From NCBI GenBank assembly GCA_040260805.1, contig JBDQPD010000001.1, positions 1-64,000 on the forward strand: DNA of 64,000 bases, written 5' to 3'. This stretch comes from Myxococcota bacterium. Lineage in GTDB: Bacteria > Myxococcota > UBA4151. The notes below the pieces were generated by a model that was not told the DNA's origin, searched no databases, and saw nothing but the letters and a program-made list of their open reading frames with translations. Of this stretch, positions 18,336 through 26,409 are shown piece by piece. Both the position numbers and the translations under genes were made by a program. How positions within the stretch are numbered: the first letter of the stretch is position 1; each line of letters begins with the position of its first letter.

Positions 18336-19522
18336 TAGCGCCGTTTTTTCGCAGGGATCGGGATGATCAGCTTTTGACCGAGCCTCAGCGTTGAGCGGGT
18401 GGTCATGTTGTTGGCTCGAGCGATCTCTAAAACCTTTGCGCCCCAGCGGCGCGCAATGCCGGAGAGCGTGTCGCCTCGCTTGACGCGATAGGTTTGGATG
18501 AATCGGGTCTCTTGAACCGGGACTTTGGCGAGTTTTTCGCCGCAATCTTCTGGGGTGACCTTGGGAAGACGCAATCCAAAAGCTTTGCCGTAGAGATGAG
18601 CAGGCGGGGTGATACCCTGCTTGAGCGTTGGGTTGAGCTGCCAAAGCATGGCGCTGTCTAAACCGCAGACCTCCGCAATTTTATCCAAGGAGAGCGGTCG
18701 ACTGATCGGCAGCAGCTTAGTCTCGATGACCTCGTCGGGACGAGGGGTTCGAAACCCATAGTGTTCGGGTCGTTGGGCTAGCGTCGCAGCGGCTAAAAGC
18801 TTGGGGACATAGTTTCGGGTTTCGGTGGGGAGCTCGGATGATATGGACCAAAAGTCTCGCTCGCCGGTGCGCGTTTGCGCACGCCGAACTCTTCCCGGAC
18901 CTGCGTTATAGGCTGCCCAGGCGAGATACCAGTCATCAAAGCGGTCATGCAGCGCCAAAAGATAGCGAGCGGCAGCTCTCGTCGCTTGCCCTAAGTCGGC
19001 GCGTTCATCGACGAAGTGCCCTGTCTTTAAACCAAAAGCTCTCGCCGTCGCTGGGATGAATTGCCAGACGCCCTGAGCCCCCGCTCGCGAGCGAGCTCGA
19101 GCTCTGAAACCGGACTCGATCATCGCTAAGTAGACTAGATCTTTTGGCGCTCCGACCTCTTCAAGGATTGGACGTAGCTGCGGAATAAGAAGGGCTGAAC
19201 GATCAAGCCATGCCTGAAAGGTTCGTCGACCCCTGCCCGTGAAAAACCGAATGTAGGCTTGGACCTTTGGGTTGGTTGTCCAGGGGATATCGAGCGCTGG
19301 AGGTGTCCCGTCTGCGTGACGCGAGAGGCTTTGATCAGGCCATGGTGCGCCCTGCGCAAAGGCTCGTTTAAGTTTCCATCCTCGCAGCGGTTTTTTGCTC
19401 TGGGGACTTCGTCGTCGTTTCGCCTCTTGGGCGAAGAAGGCCTGCTCCATCGCCTTGAGCTTTTGCATTTCATCGGCACCGGACCCTTGGGTCGCAGCGA
19501 GACTGATCAGGACGCTGATCAT
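18335..19522 (-). CDS. MltD-like lytic transglycosylase with LysM
   Basis: LAMIESGF (catalytic Glu), GVWQFIPATA, AAYNAG, ETRNYVPK, C-terminal LysM YRVKRGDTLSGIARRW. Confidence 0.92.
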   Translation of the reverse strand: MISVLISLAATQGSGADEMQKLKAMEQAFFAQEAKRRRSPQSKKPLRGWKLKRAFAQGAPWPDQSLSRHADGTPPALDIPWTTNPKVQAYIRFFTGRGRRTFQAWLDRSALLIPQLRPILEEVGAPKDLVYLAMIESGFRARARSRAGAQGVWQFIPATARAFGLKTGHFVDERADLGQATRAAARYLLALHDRFDDWYLAWAAYNAGPGRVRRAQTRTGERDFWSISSELPTETRNYVPKLLAAATLAQRPEHYGFRTPRPDEVIETKLLPISRPLSLDKIAEVCGLDSAMLWQLNPTLKQGITPPAHLYGKAFGLRLPKVTPEDCGEKLAKVPVQETRFIQTYRVKRGDTLSGIARRWGAKVLEIARANNMTTRSTLRLGQKLIIPIPAKKRR

Positions 19523-20973
19523 TTCTTGGCCTCGTGCCCCGGGCCTAGGACGCGCTTTAGACGGTCTTCATAGATGAAGGTGTTGGTGTGAGGAGGGTGG
19601 TGGCAATTCGTGCACCCTTCGACCGGGACCTCCCTTTTGATCAGCGCCTTGTTCCCACTCGCTGCGTGCAAAGACCCGGGCCCATGGCAGCTCTCACATC
19701 CGACATTAACCCGATCGGCGGCTTCACTAATTCGGCAGAACCCGCCGGGCTCATCAAAGCCGGCGCTGTGACAGCCAACGCAGGTGTAATCGTAGGTGCG
19801 TCCTTTGTGTTCGAGCGTCGCCCACGCTTTGGCGTGGGGCGTCGTCTTCCACAGCGCGTAGGCTTGGGCGTGGCAGCCCTGACAAGCCGCGCTGCCAATG
19901 TATTGCGGCTGGTCCGCTCCCACAGGAGCCTTGCACTCGCGGTTTCTCTCTAGCTTCTTATTCAACGCACTGATCGCTCGGTGATGGGCTTGAATCGCTG
20001 AATTCATCGACGCGTCTTCGGTGATGTTTGAATCCAGAGGAACACGTTGTCCTGACAGGGTACTCCCCTTAGCTGGCGGTTTGGGTAGAGGGCTCGCCAG
20101 AAGCTCGCTGCGGTCCACTTTCGCGCGCTGAACCTGAGCGGTGCGCGCTGCCAAAAGTGCCTTGGGCTTTTGCCGCACCTTGGCTCGGTCCCGTTGCTTG
20201 ATCAGCCCATCGATTCGGCTCTGCATCGCTTTGAGCGCCGCGGCGCGCTCCCCAGCCCCTTCGAGGCGGGCTAAGGCACCACCTTGCCAGTGAAGATCGA
20301 CTTCAAGAACTTGTTGCCCGCGCTCGCCACCGGTCAAGGCAAAGAGCCCTTCACTGAGTTGGACGATCGCTGGGCTCTCGTCGGTTTCGGACAGGATGAT
20401 CAAATCGATGCCCAGCCGGAGCCAGTCAGAGGTCTTCGCCTTGGCTTGCTCAAGGTCGCCATCAAAGAGTAAAACCGCAGGGCGAAGTGGGTCCACTGCC
20501 GCGGCCGGCGCGCCGCGCAGAAATTGGATACCTTTGACCCGTTTGAGCTCGTTGACCTCAAGCCAGGGCATGGCGTCGACCGTGCGCAGTCCTTGGAACG
20601 AGGACTCAAGTTGAGCATCGGCGTGACCATTGCCCGAGATGACCAAGCCCATTTCGATCAGTTTGCGCTGCAAAAACTCGCCGGCCTGCTGAATTTGAGG
20701 GGCTGATCCCGAGCTCACTTTTCCGGGGCTAACCAGGTCGCCGTGAGCGACCAAGACAGGCTCTACTCCGGGCTCTTTGCGCGCCTTGAGGTAAGAGGCC
20801 AGGCGGGCCAATCCACCCAGGGGCTCGAGGGTGCATCCGCAGGGCTCTAGCTCACCGCGCAACTCCGACAAGACGAACAATCGATAATGACTGATCGCTT
20901 GGTCCGGACCGGGAGCTTTGGAAGAGCAGGACTGGACGACCAGCGATCCCAGCAGTAGCGAAGCGATGCGCAT
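19519..20973 (-). CDS. Lipoprotein: UshA/5'-nucleotidase-like N-domain (CGC motif) fused to tetraheme cytochrome c554-like domain
   Basis: Start moved to ATG 20973 (GGAGAAGGGAG RBS). Lipobox VQSC, LRGELEPCGC..LGGLAR, four CxxCH motifs (CQGCH, CVGCH, CESCH, CTNCH), W..TPHAKAW.TL. Confidence 0.8.
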   Translation of the reverse strand: MRIASLLLGSLVVQSCSSKAPGPDQAISHYRLFVLSELRGELEPCGCTLEPLGGLARLASYLKARKEPGVEPVLVAHGDLVSPGKVSSGSAPQIQQAGEFLQRKLIEMGLVISGNGHADAQLESSFQGLRTVDAMPWLEVNELKRVKGIQFLRGAPAAAVDPLRPAVLLFDGDLEQAKAKTSDWLRLGIDLIILSETDESPAIVQLSEGLFALTGGERGQQVLEVDLHWQGGALARLEGAGERAAALKAMQSRIDGLIKQRDRAKVRQKPKALLAARTAQVQRAKVDRSELLASPLPKPPAKGSTLSGQRVPLDSNITEDASMNSAIQAHHRAISALNKKLERNRECKAPVGADQPQYIGSAACQGCHAQAYALWKTTPHAKAWATLEHKGRTYDYTCVGCHSAGFDEPGGFCRISEAADRVNVGCESCHGPGSLHAASGNKALIKREVPVEGCTNCHHPPHTNTFIYEDRLKRVLGPGHEAKK

Positions 20974-21006
20974 GGTGTGAACTCTCCCTTCTCCCGTGGG
21001 ACAAAG

Positions 21007-21021
21007 TGGCACGAATTGAGC
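21007..21021 (+). promoter_or_regulatory. Candidate sigma54 promoter for plsY-dgc-dnaE
   Basis: TGGCACG-AATT-GAGC: perfect -24 box with GG-N10-GC spacing but weak -12. Lies in the 70-nt divergent gap. Confidence 0.35.
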
Positions 21022-21043
21022 GATCAAGCGAAAGAGGGGTCCT

Positions 21044-21640
21044 TTGGAACTGTTTCCAATTAGCTTGGTTTTGGGGTCTGCGCTCTTAGGCTCGGTGCCC
21101 TTTGGGTTTGTACTGGCCAAGTACTTTCTAGGTGTTGATCTCAAAGCGGTGGGTTCTGGTAACATCGGAGCCACCAACGCTTCTCGTGCCGGTGGTATTC
21201 GCTTTGGCGCAACCATTTTACTGCTCGACGCCCTCAAGGGCTTTATCGGCCCTTTTGTCGTTCAGGCGATGGGTTTGCCTGATTTTTGGATCGCAGCAGC
21301 GGGTTTAGCGGCCGTGATTGGCCATTGCTATACTCCTTTTCTTCGATTCAGCGGGGGGAAGGGTGTCGCCACTGGACTGGGTGTTATTATCGCCTTTGAG
21401 CCTTGGCTCGGAGGGGTTGGGGTTGCGGTTTATGCTGTTGTATTAGCTGTTTTTCGCACCAGCGCTATCGGCAGCCTGGTCGCCACAGCGAATTGTGTTG
21501 CGATCGCTTGGATGGTCCCTAGTTTTTCAGATCGTCCGGGTGTTCGGGTCGCATTAGCTGTGATCTGTGTCTTGATCGTTTGGCGACATCGCAGCAACCT
21601 AGCAGCCATTCGCCAACAATCTGTTGATGGGCCTGCATGA
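21044..21640 (+). CDS. plsY: Glycerol-3-phosphate acyltransferase PlsY
   Basis: GSGNIGATN, D.LKG, GHCY.PF..F.GGKGVAT, RHRSN. Multi-TM. Confidence 0.95.
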   Translation: MELFPISLVLGSALLGSVPFGFVLAKYFLGVDLKAVGSGNIGATNASRAGGIRFGATILLLDALKGFIGPFVVQAMGLPDFWIAAAGLAAVIGHCYTPFLRFSGGKGVATGLGVIIAFEPWLGGVGVAVYAVVLAVFRTSAIGSLVATANCVAIAWMVPSFSDRPGVRVALAVICVLIVWRHRSNLAAIRQQSVDGPA

Positions 21641-22569
21641 GCGACGACGACTTTAGCGATGAGACACGCATCCTGACCACGTCCGAATTCCGTTTGGATG
21701 AACTGGTCGGTGCAGCGGGCGAGCGCAGCGCGGTGTTGACCGTGCTCCGGGGCAGGCGGCGCGGCGCAACTTTTCAGATCGGTAGCAGCGTGACGGTGCT
21801 TGGGCGCGGTGAGCGTTCGGATGTACGCCTTGATGATGATGGCGTAAGCCGTCGCCACGCCGAGTTGGTGCGCCTCGATGATGGGGCGGTTCAGATTCGA
21901 GATCTGGGAAGCACCAACGGCACCTTCGTGAACGGCGAGCGGGTCGCCGAGCGGGTGCTTGAGGATGATGACCGAGTCGCCCTAGGAACCACTACCCTGC
22001 TCAAGTTTGAGTTGCATGATGCGATGGAGATCAAGCTCAAAGCTGAGATGTATCAAAAGGCGACACGCGACCAGCTCACCGGGATGTTCAATCGTCGGTA
22101 CTGCTTTGATCGCCTGCGTGAAGAGTTTAGCTTTGCGCAGCGCCATGGCCAGCCGCTCGCTGTGGTCATGTTCGATGTGGATCACTTCAAGCAAGTGAAC
22201 GACACTTACGGTCATGCAGCCGGTGACGCCGTGCTGCAGCGCATTGGCAAAGTCGTCATGGAACTGGTCCGCAACGAGGACGTTGTGTGTCGTTATGGTG
22301 GTGAAGAGTTTGTCTGTATTTTGCGCGGCTTGACCTTAGACCAAGGTGAGCTCTTTGCAGACCGAGTGCGTCGATCCATTGAGTCGCAAACGGTGATCAG
22401 CGCCGAGCACCAACTCCAAGTGACAGTTTCGCTCGGTGTGGCGAGCCTAGACGGCGTGAATTTCACAAGCCCTGAAGAGCTGGTGAACGAGGCGGATGCT
22501 TATCTTTATGTGGCGAAAGAGGGCGGCCGCAATCAGGTCGCCTCGGCGCTTACTGCGACCACCGAATAA
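21637..22569 (+). CDS. FHA-domain diguanylate cyclase (DgcB-like)
   Basis: FHA motifs LGR, VSRRHA, STNGT. GGDEF-domain motifs D.LTGMFNRR, DVDHFK.VND..GH..GD, RNED (I-site) and RYGGEEF. Confidence 0.93.
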   Translation: MSDDDFSDETRILTTSEFRLDELVGAAGERSAVLTVLRGRRRGATFQIGSSVTVLGRGERSDVRLDDDGVSRRHAELVRLDDGAVQIRDLGSTNGTFVNGERVAERVLEDDDRVALGTTTLLKFELHDAMEIKLKAEMYQKATRDQLTGMFNRRYCFDRLREEFSFAQRHGQPLAVVMFDVDHFKQVNDTYGHAAGDAVLQRIGKVVMELVRNEDVVCRYGGEEFVCILRGLTLDQGELFADRVRRSIESQTVISAEHQLQVTVSLGVASLDGVNFTSPEELVNEADAYLYVAKEGGRNQVASALTATTE

Positions 22570-25500
22570 ATGGGTTTCGCGCACCTTAACGTCAAAACTG
22601 GATTTTCGTTTTTAGAGGGCGCTGTTCCGCTGGAACAGCTGTGCGAACGGGTTAAAGATCTCGGCATGGAATCGGTTGCGGTGACCGATAAAGGAAACCT
22701 TCACGGCGCCTACGAATTTTATAAATCAGCGAAGAAGGCAGGCATTAACCCTGTCCTTGGTTGTGAGCTGCAGCTCTTGCCCGAGGGGATTGCGATCGAT
22801 GACCGCAGCACCCGACACGACACCTATGCGATCACGTTACTCGCCGCTAACGACACCGGCTGGCGAAACCTCAAAGAGCTGGTCTCGAAGGCTTCTTTGC
22901 TCGGTTATTATTATGTGCCGCGTATCGACTGGCTTACGCTCAAAGAGCACTCTGAGGGATTGATCGCTTTATCGGGCGGCTTAGGTGGTCTGGTCTCACG
23001 AACGTGGCACGGGTGGCACGGACCGCGCTCGAAGCGTCGAGCATCGAAAAATCGATATCCTGATGAAGCGGGTCAAGCGGTAAAGAAGCTGTCGAGCCTC
23101 TTTAGCCCAGGCGATTTCTATCTAGAGTTCCAAGATACTGGATTGCCCGAAGAGCCTGAGTTCAATGAGTTTTTGTGGGGCCTCAAGGAGCAGCTCGCGC
23201 TCCCTGGTGTAGCGACTAATAATTGCCACTATCTCGATCAAGATGACGCTGAGGCGCACCGCTATTTGATGTGCATTCAGTATCGAACCACGATCGATAA
23301 ATTCGACGGACCTGAGATTACGGGTCGGTACCTGAAAGATGAGCAAGCGATGGCTTCCGGGTGGTTCGCTGAGCACCCCGAGCTGGTTCAGGCCTCCCTT
23401 GAGATCGCTAACCGCTGCTCGGTGACGATGGAGCTCGGCGTCAACTATCTGCCCCCCTTCCCATGCGCTGACGGTCGCAACGAAGAAGAAGAGCTAAGGC
23501 ACAGCGCCCGCCAAGGTCTCAGCAAAAGGTTTGAAGAGCTCAAAGCGACGGGCGCCTACACCTTCGACGAAAACACCTATCACGAGCGGCTCGACCATGA
23601 ACTTGGGATCATTGAGTCGATGGGGTTCCCCGGTTATTTTCTGATCGTTCAAGACTTCATCAACTGGGCTAAGGACCACGGAATTCGCGTCGGGCCGGGG
23701 CGCGGCTCTGGTGCTGGCTCGCTGGTGGCTTGGGCGCTGAGAATTACTGATTTAGACCCCTTGCCTTATGATCTCCTGTTTGAGCGATTTCTCAATCCCG
23801 AGCGCGTCTCGATGCCTGACTTTGATGTCGACTTTTGCCAAGAACGACGAGGCGAGGTGATCCAGTATGTGACCGAGAAGTACGGCTCGGATCGTGTCGG
23901 TCAGATCGCAACCTTCGCGCGCTTGGGCGGTAAGTCGGTGATCAAAGATGTGGCGTCAGTCCTCGATATGCCCTTCGCTGAAATCAACGATATGACGAGG
24001 AATATCCCGGCGTTTCATGAGGGGTTACCGGTGACCCTGACGCCGAAGATGCGCAGCGTAGAAGGGGTCAGTATTGTTGATGGTCGCCTCGTCGGCGAGG
24101 CCGGAGCCGTGTCGGACGCTCGCAAATCATGGGGTTTGTTCGAGGTGTCTAGTGAGCTGCTTGAGCAGCTCCAGGCTGGCGGTAAACTCAAGAAAGTCTT
24201 TGATATAGCGACTCGCCTTGAGGGGCTTTACCGTCAGGCGGGCACGCACGCGGGTGGGGTGCTGATCGGTCGTGAGGTGTTGACCGAGTATACCCCGGTG
24301 TTTTCGACCTCAAGCGGCGGTCAGGCGGCGCAATTTAACATGGAAGGCGTTGAGGACGTCGGCTTGGTTAAGTTTGATTTCCTCGGGCTAAAAAATCTCG
24401 ACATCATCACCTACGCCGAAGATTTAGTGAACGAAGAGGTCCAGCAAGCCAATCAAGGAACCCAAGAGGACCGGGCAGCCTTGATTGAGCGGTTTCCGCA
24501 TCTGCGCGGTCTAGACCCGAGCAAGCCGCTTGATCTTCTGGATGTAGACCTGGTTCCTTTAGATCACCTCGAGCCCTACCAGTTGATCTCTTCGGGAGAC
24601 ACTAACGGCGTCTTCCAGCTCGAGTCCGACGGTATGAAATCGATGCTGGTGGAGCTTAAGCCCGATTGTTTTGAGGACATTGTGGCGGCTGTAGCCTTGT
24701 ATCGCCCTGGGCCGATGGATCAGATCCCCGATTATATTAAGCGCAAGCATGGGCAGCTCGCCATTGAGTATCCCCACACTGCGCTCGCCGAAGTGCTCAA
24801 GCCCACCTACGGTCACATGGTGTATCAAGAGCAGGTGATGCAAGCCGCTCAAATCATGGGAGGTTACACGCTTGGCGGCGCTGATATCTTGCGCCGCGCC
24901 ATGGGTAAAAAGAAGCGCGAAGAGATGGAAAAGCAGCGCCTGATCTTTACCAAAGGCGCTCTTGAAATCCATGAGCTACCTGGCGCTAAAGCGGGCAAAA
25001 TCTTTGACGTCATGGAGAAGTTTGCTGGGTACGGGTTCAACAAGAGCCATGCGGCTGCATATGCCAAAATCGCGTATCAAACCGCCTATCTAAAGCAGTT
25101 CCACCCGGTCGCATTTTATTGCGCTCAGGTGACCGTTCATCACAACACGACCGAAACCGTGACCAAGTACCTGCGTGAAGCGAGCGATAAGGGCATCAAA
25201 ATCCTACCGCCTTGCGTCAACGCTTCTGCCTACGGATTTAGGCCCGAAGGTGAGCAAGCCATTCGCTTTGGCTTATGCGCAGTCAAGGGCGTCGGTGACG
25301 CGGTTTTGAACCGGTTGTTTTCGGAGCAAGATAAAACGAAACCTTTCATCGGCTTGCTTGAGCTCGTTGAGCGCTGCGGACCGCGTGAGCTGCCGCGCAA
25401 AGCTACTGAGTTGTTGGTCGATGCTGGTGCTTTGGATTTCTGCGGCGCGTCGCGGCGTCGTTTGGTGAGCAGTTTAGAGACGGTGTATCAGCGAGCCGGC

Positions 25501-26331
25501 AACACCTGCTCTGATCGCGAGGCGGGCCAGTTTAGCTTCTTTGAGATGGGCGCAATGGATGGGGGCACAGCCTCGGACCCGGACGAGTGCTTGATTGAAG
25601 AGCGCCTCGAATGGCCAGATCGCCTGCGCCTGGCTCGAGAGCGAGCCGTGCTCGGCTTCTTCCTTTCGGGGCATCCAACGACCATATACCAAAAGGCATT
25701 TAAGCGCTTAACGACCTGTCGTTGTTCTGATCTAGCCACCCTTTGGGAGCCTGAGAAGGGCTGGGGAAACAAGCGTAAAACCGCTACACTCGCTGGGGTT
25801 ATTGTCGCGCGCGACATCAAGAATATAGCGACCTATAGTGGTGGACCCAAAGAAGACACGGTGATCCCAAGACGTGCGTTCATTACCATCGAAGACACCT
25901 CTGGTCAGGTTGAGATACGTCTTGAGCCAGAAGTCTTTGGTCAATTCGAAGAGTTGATCAAATCTGATGAACCCTTGGTCTTTTCGGGCAACCTGATGGC
26001 GCGCAAGTCAGGCGGCGGAGATGATGGCGAGGAGCAGCTGCAAGTTGGCCTCCGGGTCAACCAGGTCCACCGCGCCTTCGAGGTCTTTGAACAACAGCGG
26101 ATCCCCTTCGTTTTGAGGCTCGATTTAGAGCGTCACACTCCGGACGATATTGAGGGCCTAAAAGCGCTGTGCCGACGCTTCCCTGGGAGCATGCCGCCAG
26201 AGTTTAGGATTCGTGGTAACCACGGCCGTCTGCGCCTGCTCGCCGCCCATGAATTGAGCGTCGCCTGCCACCTCGAGTTGATGGATGAAGTCGAAGAGTT
26301 GCTGGGCAAAGGGTCTGTGCAGCTCGGCTGA
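22570..26331 (+). CDS. dnaE: DNA polymerase III alpha subunit
   Basis: GPGRGSGAGSLV, FERFLNPERVSMPDFDVDF, KFDFLGL, FAGYGFNKSHAAAY, C-terminal OB fold. Confidence 0.97.
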   Translation: MGFAHLNVKTGFSFLEGAVPLEQLCERVKDLGMESVAVTDKGNLHGAYEFYKSAKKAGINPVLGCELQLLPEGIAIDDRSTRHDTYAITLLAANDTGWRNLKELVSKASLLGYYYVPRIDWLTLKEHSEGLIALSGGLGGLVSRTWHGWHGPRSKRRASKNRYPDEAGQAVKKLSSLFSPGDFYLEFQDTGLPEEPEFNEFLWGLKEQLALPGVATNNCHYLDQDDAEAHRYLMCIQYRTTIDKFDGPEITGRYLKDEQAMASGWFAEHPELVQASLEIANRCSVTMELGVNYLPPFPCADGRNEEEELRHSARQGLSKRFEELKATGAYTFDENTYHERLDHELGIIESMGFPGYFLIVQDFINWAKDHGIRVGPGRGSGAGSLVAWALRITDLDPLPYDLLFERFLNPERVSMPDFDVDFCQERRGEVIQYVTEKYGSDRVGQIATFARLGGKSVIKDVASVLDMPFAEINDMTRNIPAFHEGLPVTLTPKMRSVEGVSIVDGRLVGEAGAVSDARKSWGLFEVSSELLEQLQAGGKLKKVFDIATRLEGLYRQAGTHAGGVLIGREVLTEYTPVFSTSSGGQAAQFNMEGVEDVGLVKFDFLGLKNLDIITYAEDLVNEEVQQANQGTQEDRAALIERFPHLRGLDPSKPLDLLDVDLVPLDHLEPYQLISSGDTNGVFQLESDGMKSMLVELKPDCFEDIVAAVALYRPGPMDQIPDYIKRKHGQLAIEYPHTALAEVLKPTYGHMVYQEQVMQAAQIMGGYTLGGADILRRAMGKKKREEMEKQRLIFTKGALEIHELPGAKAGKIFDVMEKFAGYGFNKSHAAAYAKIAYQTAYLKQFHPVAFYCAQVTVHHNTTETVTKYLREASDKGIKILPPCVNASAYGFRPEGEQAIRFGLCAVKGVGDAVLNRLFSEQDKTKPFIGLLELVERCGPRELPRKATELLVDAGALDFCGASRRRLVSSLETVYQRAGNTCSDREAGQFSFFEMGAMDGGTASDPDECLIEERLEWPDRLRLARERAVLGFFLSGHPTTIYQKAFKRLTTCRCSDLATLWEPEKGWGNKRKTATLAGVIVARDIKNIATYSGGPKEDTVIPRRAFITIEDTSGQVEIRLEPEVFGQFEELIKSDEPLVFSGNLMARKSGGGDDGEEQLQVGLRVNQVHRAFEVFEQQRIPFVLRLDLERHTPDDIEGLKALCRRFPGSMPPEFRIRGNHGRLRLLAAHELSVACHLELMDEVEELLGKGSVQLG

Positions 26332-26409
26332 TCAAAGCCGTTCCGAAAAACCGATGCTGAGCCCCTGCGCGTCCGGTGGACGCGTGCTATGGTTCGCTTG
26401 CGAGGACCG

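Noticed and set aside
20833..20841. Selenocysteine in the UshA-like CxU motif
   Set aside because: Both codons are TGC (Cys) and there is no in-frame TGA.
18336..21237. N-terminal extensions of moeA (to 18644) and the c554 gene (to 21237) in the ORF track
   Set aside because: They overlap mltD-like and plsY. Downstream ATGs with coupling or RBS and proper N-termini fit better.
23005..23028. TGGCACG copies resembling sigma54 -24 boxes
   Set aside because: They lie deep inside dnaE, arise from a Trp-His-Gly duplication, lack TTGC and have no downstream gene start.
22570..26331. Intein in DnaE
   Set aside because: The insertions are only tens of residues long and show no intein splice-junction or LAGLIDADG motifs.
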